Below are positions 62,612 to 64,000 of a stretch of DNA of 64,000 nucleotides, piece by piece. Where the stretch lies: positions 32,001-96,000 of the IMG/VR virus record IMGVR_UViG_3300042275_000518, one strand, 5' to 3'. The notes beneath the pieces are model-generated. The model was not told the origin of the DNA, did not search any database, and worked only from the letters and a program-made list of their open reading frames with translations. How positions within the stretch are numbered: position 1 is the first letter of the stretch; the number at the start of each line of letters is the position of its first letter. Origin of the DNA: a virus. Its lineage: Duplodnaviria; Caudoviricetes. The position numbers and the translations under genes were made by a program.

Positions 62612-63265
62612 TTATTCATCCTCAAATTGATCTAGAACTCTTTGTGGTTTTATTTCCTTCCAAAGTTCTTTAGTTTTCTCAACATCAATACTTCCATCAT
62701 TTTTTAATACTAAATCACTCGCATCTCTTCCATCAGGTTTTTGTTGATCTTTATACCATTCTTGAAGAAATCTTCTATTCAGTCCTGGAATTTGTCCAAG
62801 CATATCAATAAATTTCTTTATAGGAACTGGTTTATAATCTGTATGCTCAACACATACATTAAAGTGTTGTCCAGTTGTTAGACTTATTAAATGAGTGTGT
62901 CCATGAATATTAATCATTCCCGGTTCAACTGGCATTGGGTGATGCGAAATTAAAATTCTCTTATTATAAAATATTCCCGCATCATGGACTTCATCAAAAT
63001 ACTTTCGATAGAAACTTTTTCCATATTTGTCATGGTTTCCAAGTATTAATATTTTATATCCCTTCATTTGTGGAAGATATTTTTCTATTGCTGCTTTGTC
63101 GCCCAAGTCTCCCATCCAATATACTCTGATACTAGGATGTGTGATGACAGAATTATATTGCTTTAACATATAATCATTCATCTCGTCATCAGAGGAAAAT
63201 TTAGGACGGCTTTTGATTCTTAGTTTTGTGTGACTAAAATGTGGGTCACTAAATAAATAATCCAT
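62612..63265 (-). CDS. Calcineurin-like metallophosphoesterase
   Basis: SDPHFSH, GD, GNHD, SHHP, HGHTH. Confidence 0.9.
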   Translation of the reverse strand: MDYLFSDPHFSHTKLRIKSRPKFSSDDEMNDYMLKQYNSVITHPSIRVYWMGDLGDKAAIEKYLPQMKGYKILILGNHDKYGKSFYRKYFDEVHDAGIFYNKRILISHHPMPVEPGMINIHGHTHLISLTTGQHFNVCVEHTDYKPVPIKKFIDMLGQIPGLNRRFLQEWYKDQQKPDGRDASDLVLKNDGSIDVEKTKELWKEIKPQRVLDQFEDE

Positions 63266-63604
63266 ATTATTCCTCCTTCTTCTGGAATCCCAGATCCGAT
63301 TCTTTAGAAACTAACATATTGAAGTATCCAACTTCCTTATATGTATCAGTTTCTCTTTGATACTCAAATATTCTAATAGGATCATGCACTGCGCCAACAC
63401 TATTTAAGTTAAGAGTTACAAGTGCAATATACGGATAAACAGTTTCCCATAAATCCGACCAATTAGATTTGATGATATTTTCTATTTTTTCTAGATCATC
63501 AGTAGCATAATAGAAATATATGCCACCTTCATAAATCATTTCATCAGTTATTTCTCTTGAATTTAATTGTCGGATCATATAAATTTTATCCATAATCTTC
63601 TCCT

Positions 63605-63940
63605 TTACATATTTAATTTTATAAATAATTCAAATGTTTCATCATCCATCTCAGTTATAAAATCTTTAAACTCAAAGATAATATATCTCTTCATAGAAAA
63701 ATCTTCCTCAAAAGCCAACTCAATTTCTATTGCTTTGAACATTATATTTTCTCCAAGTTTTAAGAGAAATCTAGAATTTCTAGTCTCAATAGGAACTGGA
63801 CCGCTTGGACCATCTAGATGCATATCTAGATCCATAAGCATTTTTATTCGTCCATCATCCATAAGTACTGGACGATTGCTTCCAAACTTTTCGTACTCTT
63901 TTTGTTTTAGTATTTCTATAAATTTGTCTAATTTTTCCAT
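63605..63940 (-). CDS. Hypothetical protein with C-terminal tag
   Basis: Ends MDDETFELFIKLNM. Confidence 0.75.
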   Translation of the reverse strand: MEKLDKFIEILKQKEYEKFGSNRPVLMDDGRIKMLMDLDMHLDGPSGPVPIETRNSRFLLKLGENIMFKAIEIELAFEEDFSMKRYIIFEFKDFITEMDDETFELFIKLNM

Positions 63941-64000
63941 TTTCTCTCCTATAATATCCAGTCAAAAGTTATAATTTTTAAATCTGAAATCCAATTAACA

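Noticed and set aside
651-63974. Many short + strand ORFs in the track (e.g. 1649-1903, 7084-7503, 40129-40446, 63567-63974)
   Set aside because: They are antisense shadows of real minus-strand genes, with no RBS or coherent protein features.

Overview
This is an AT-rich, gene-dense segment of a jumbo phage related to AR9/PBS1/phiKZ. It uses the standard genetic code and Firmicute-style RBSs, and almost all genes lie on the minus strand. Core genes include a phage RNA polymerase beta-like subunit broken by two tandem group I introns around an 18-nt micro-exon, and a split family-B DNA polymerase subunit with two group I introns. Other recognisable genes are NAD-dependent DNA ligase, topoisomerase I, SbcC/Rad50, PhoH, RNA ligase, nucleotide-metabolism enzymes, PduO, homing endonucleases and a tRNA cluster. 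Five features are not explained by ordinary annotation. (1) About 25 otherwise unrelated small proteins end in the same acidic-then-hydrophobic peptide (e.g. MDDEAFELWFKLNY), suggesting a modular tag/adaptor system. (2) A complete phage-encoded RNase P RNA lies near the tRNA cluster. (3) A covarying structured non-coding element occurs as three tandem units plus one distant copy. (4) A c-di-GMP-I-like riboswitch lies upstream of two SipW-type secreted-protein genes. (5) Single genes are flanked by ~30-bp direct repeats. AR9-like early (TATATTAT) and late (AACA-N6-TA) promoter motifs recur in intergenic regions. All calls come from reading the sequence by eye; no searches were run.
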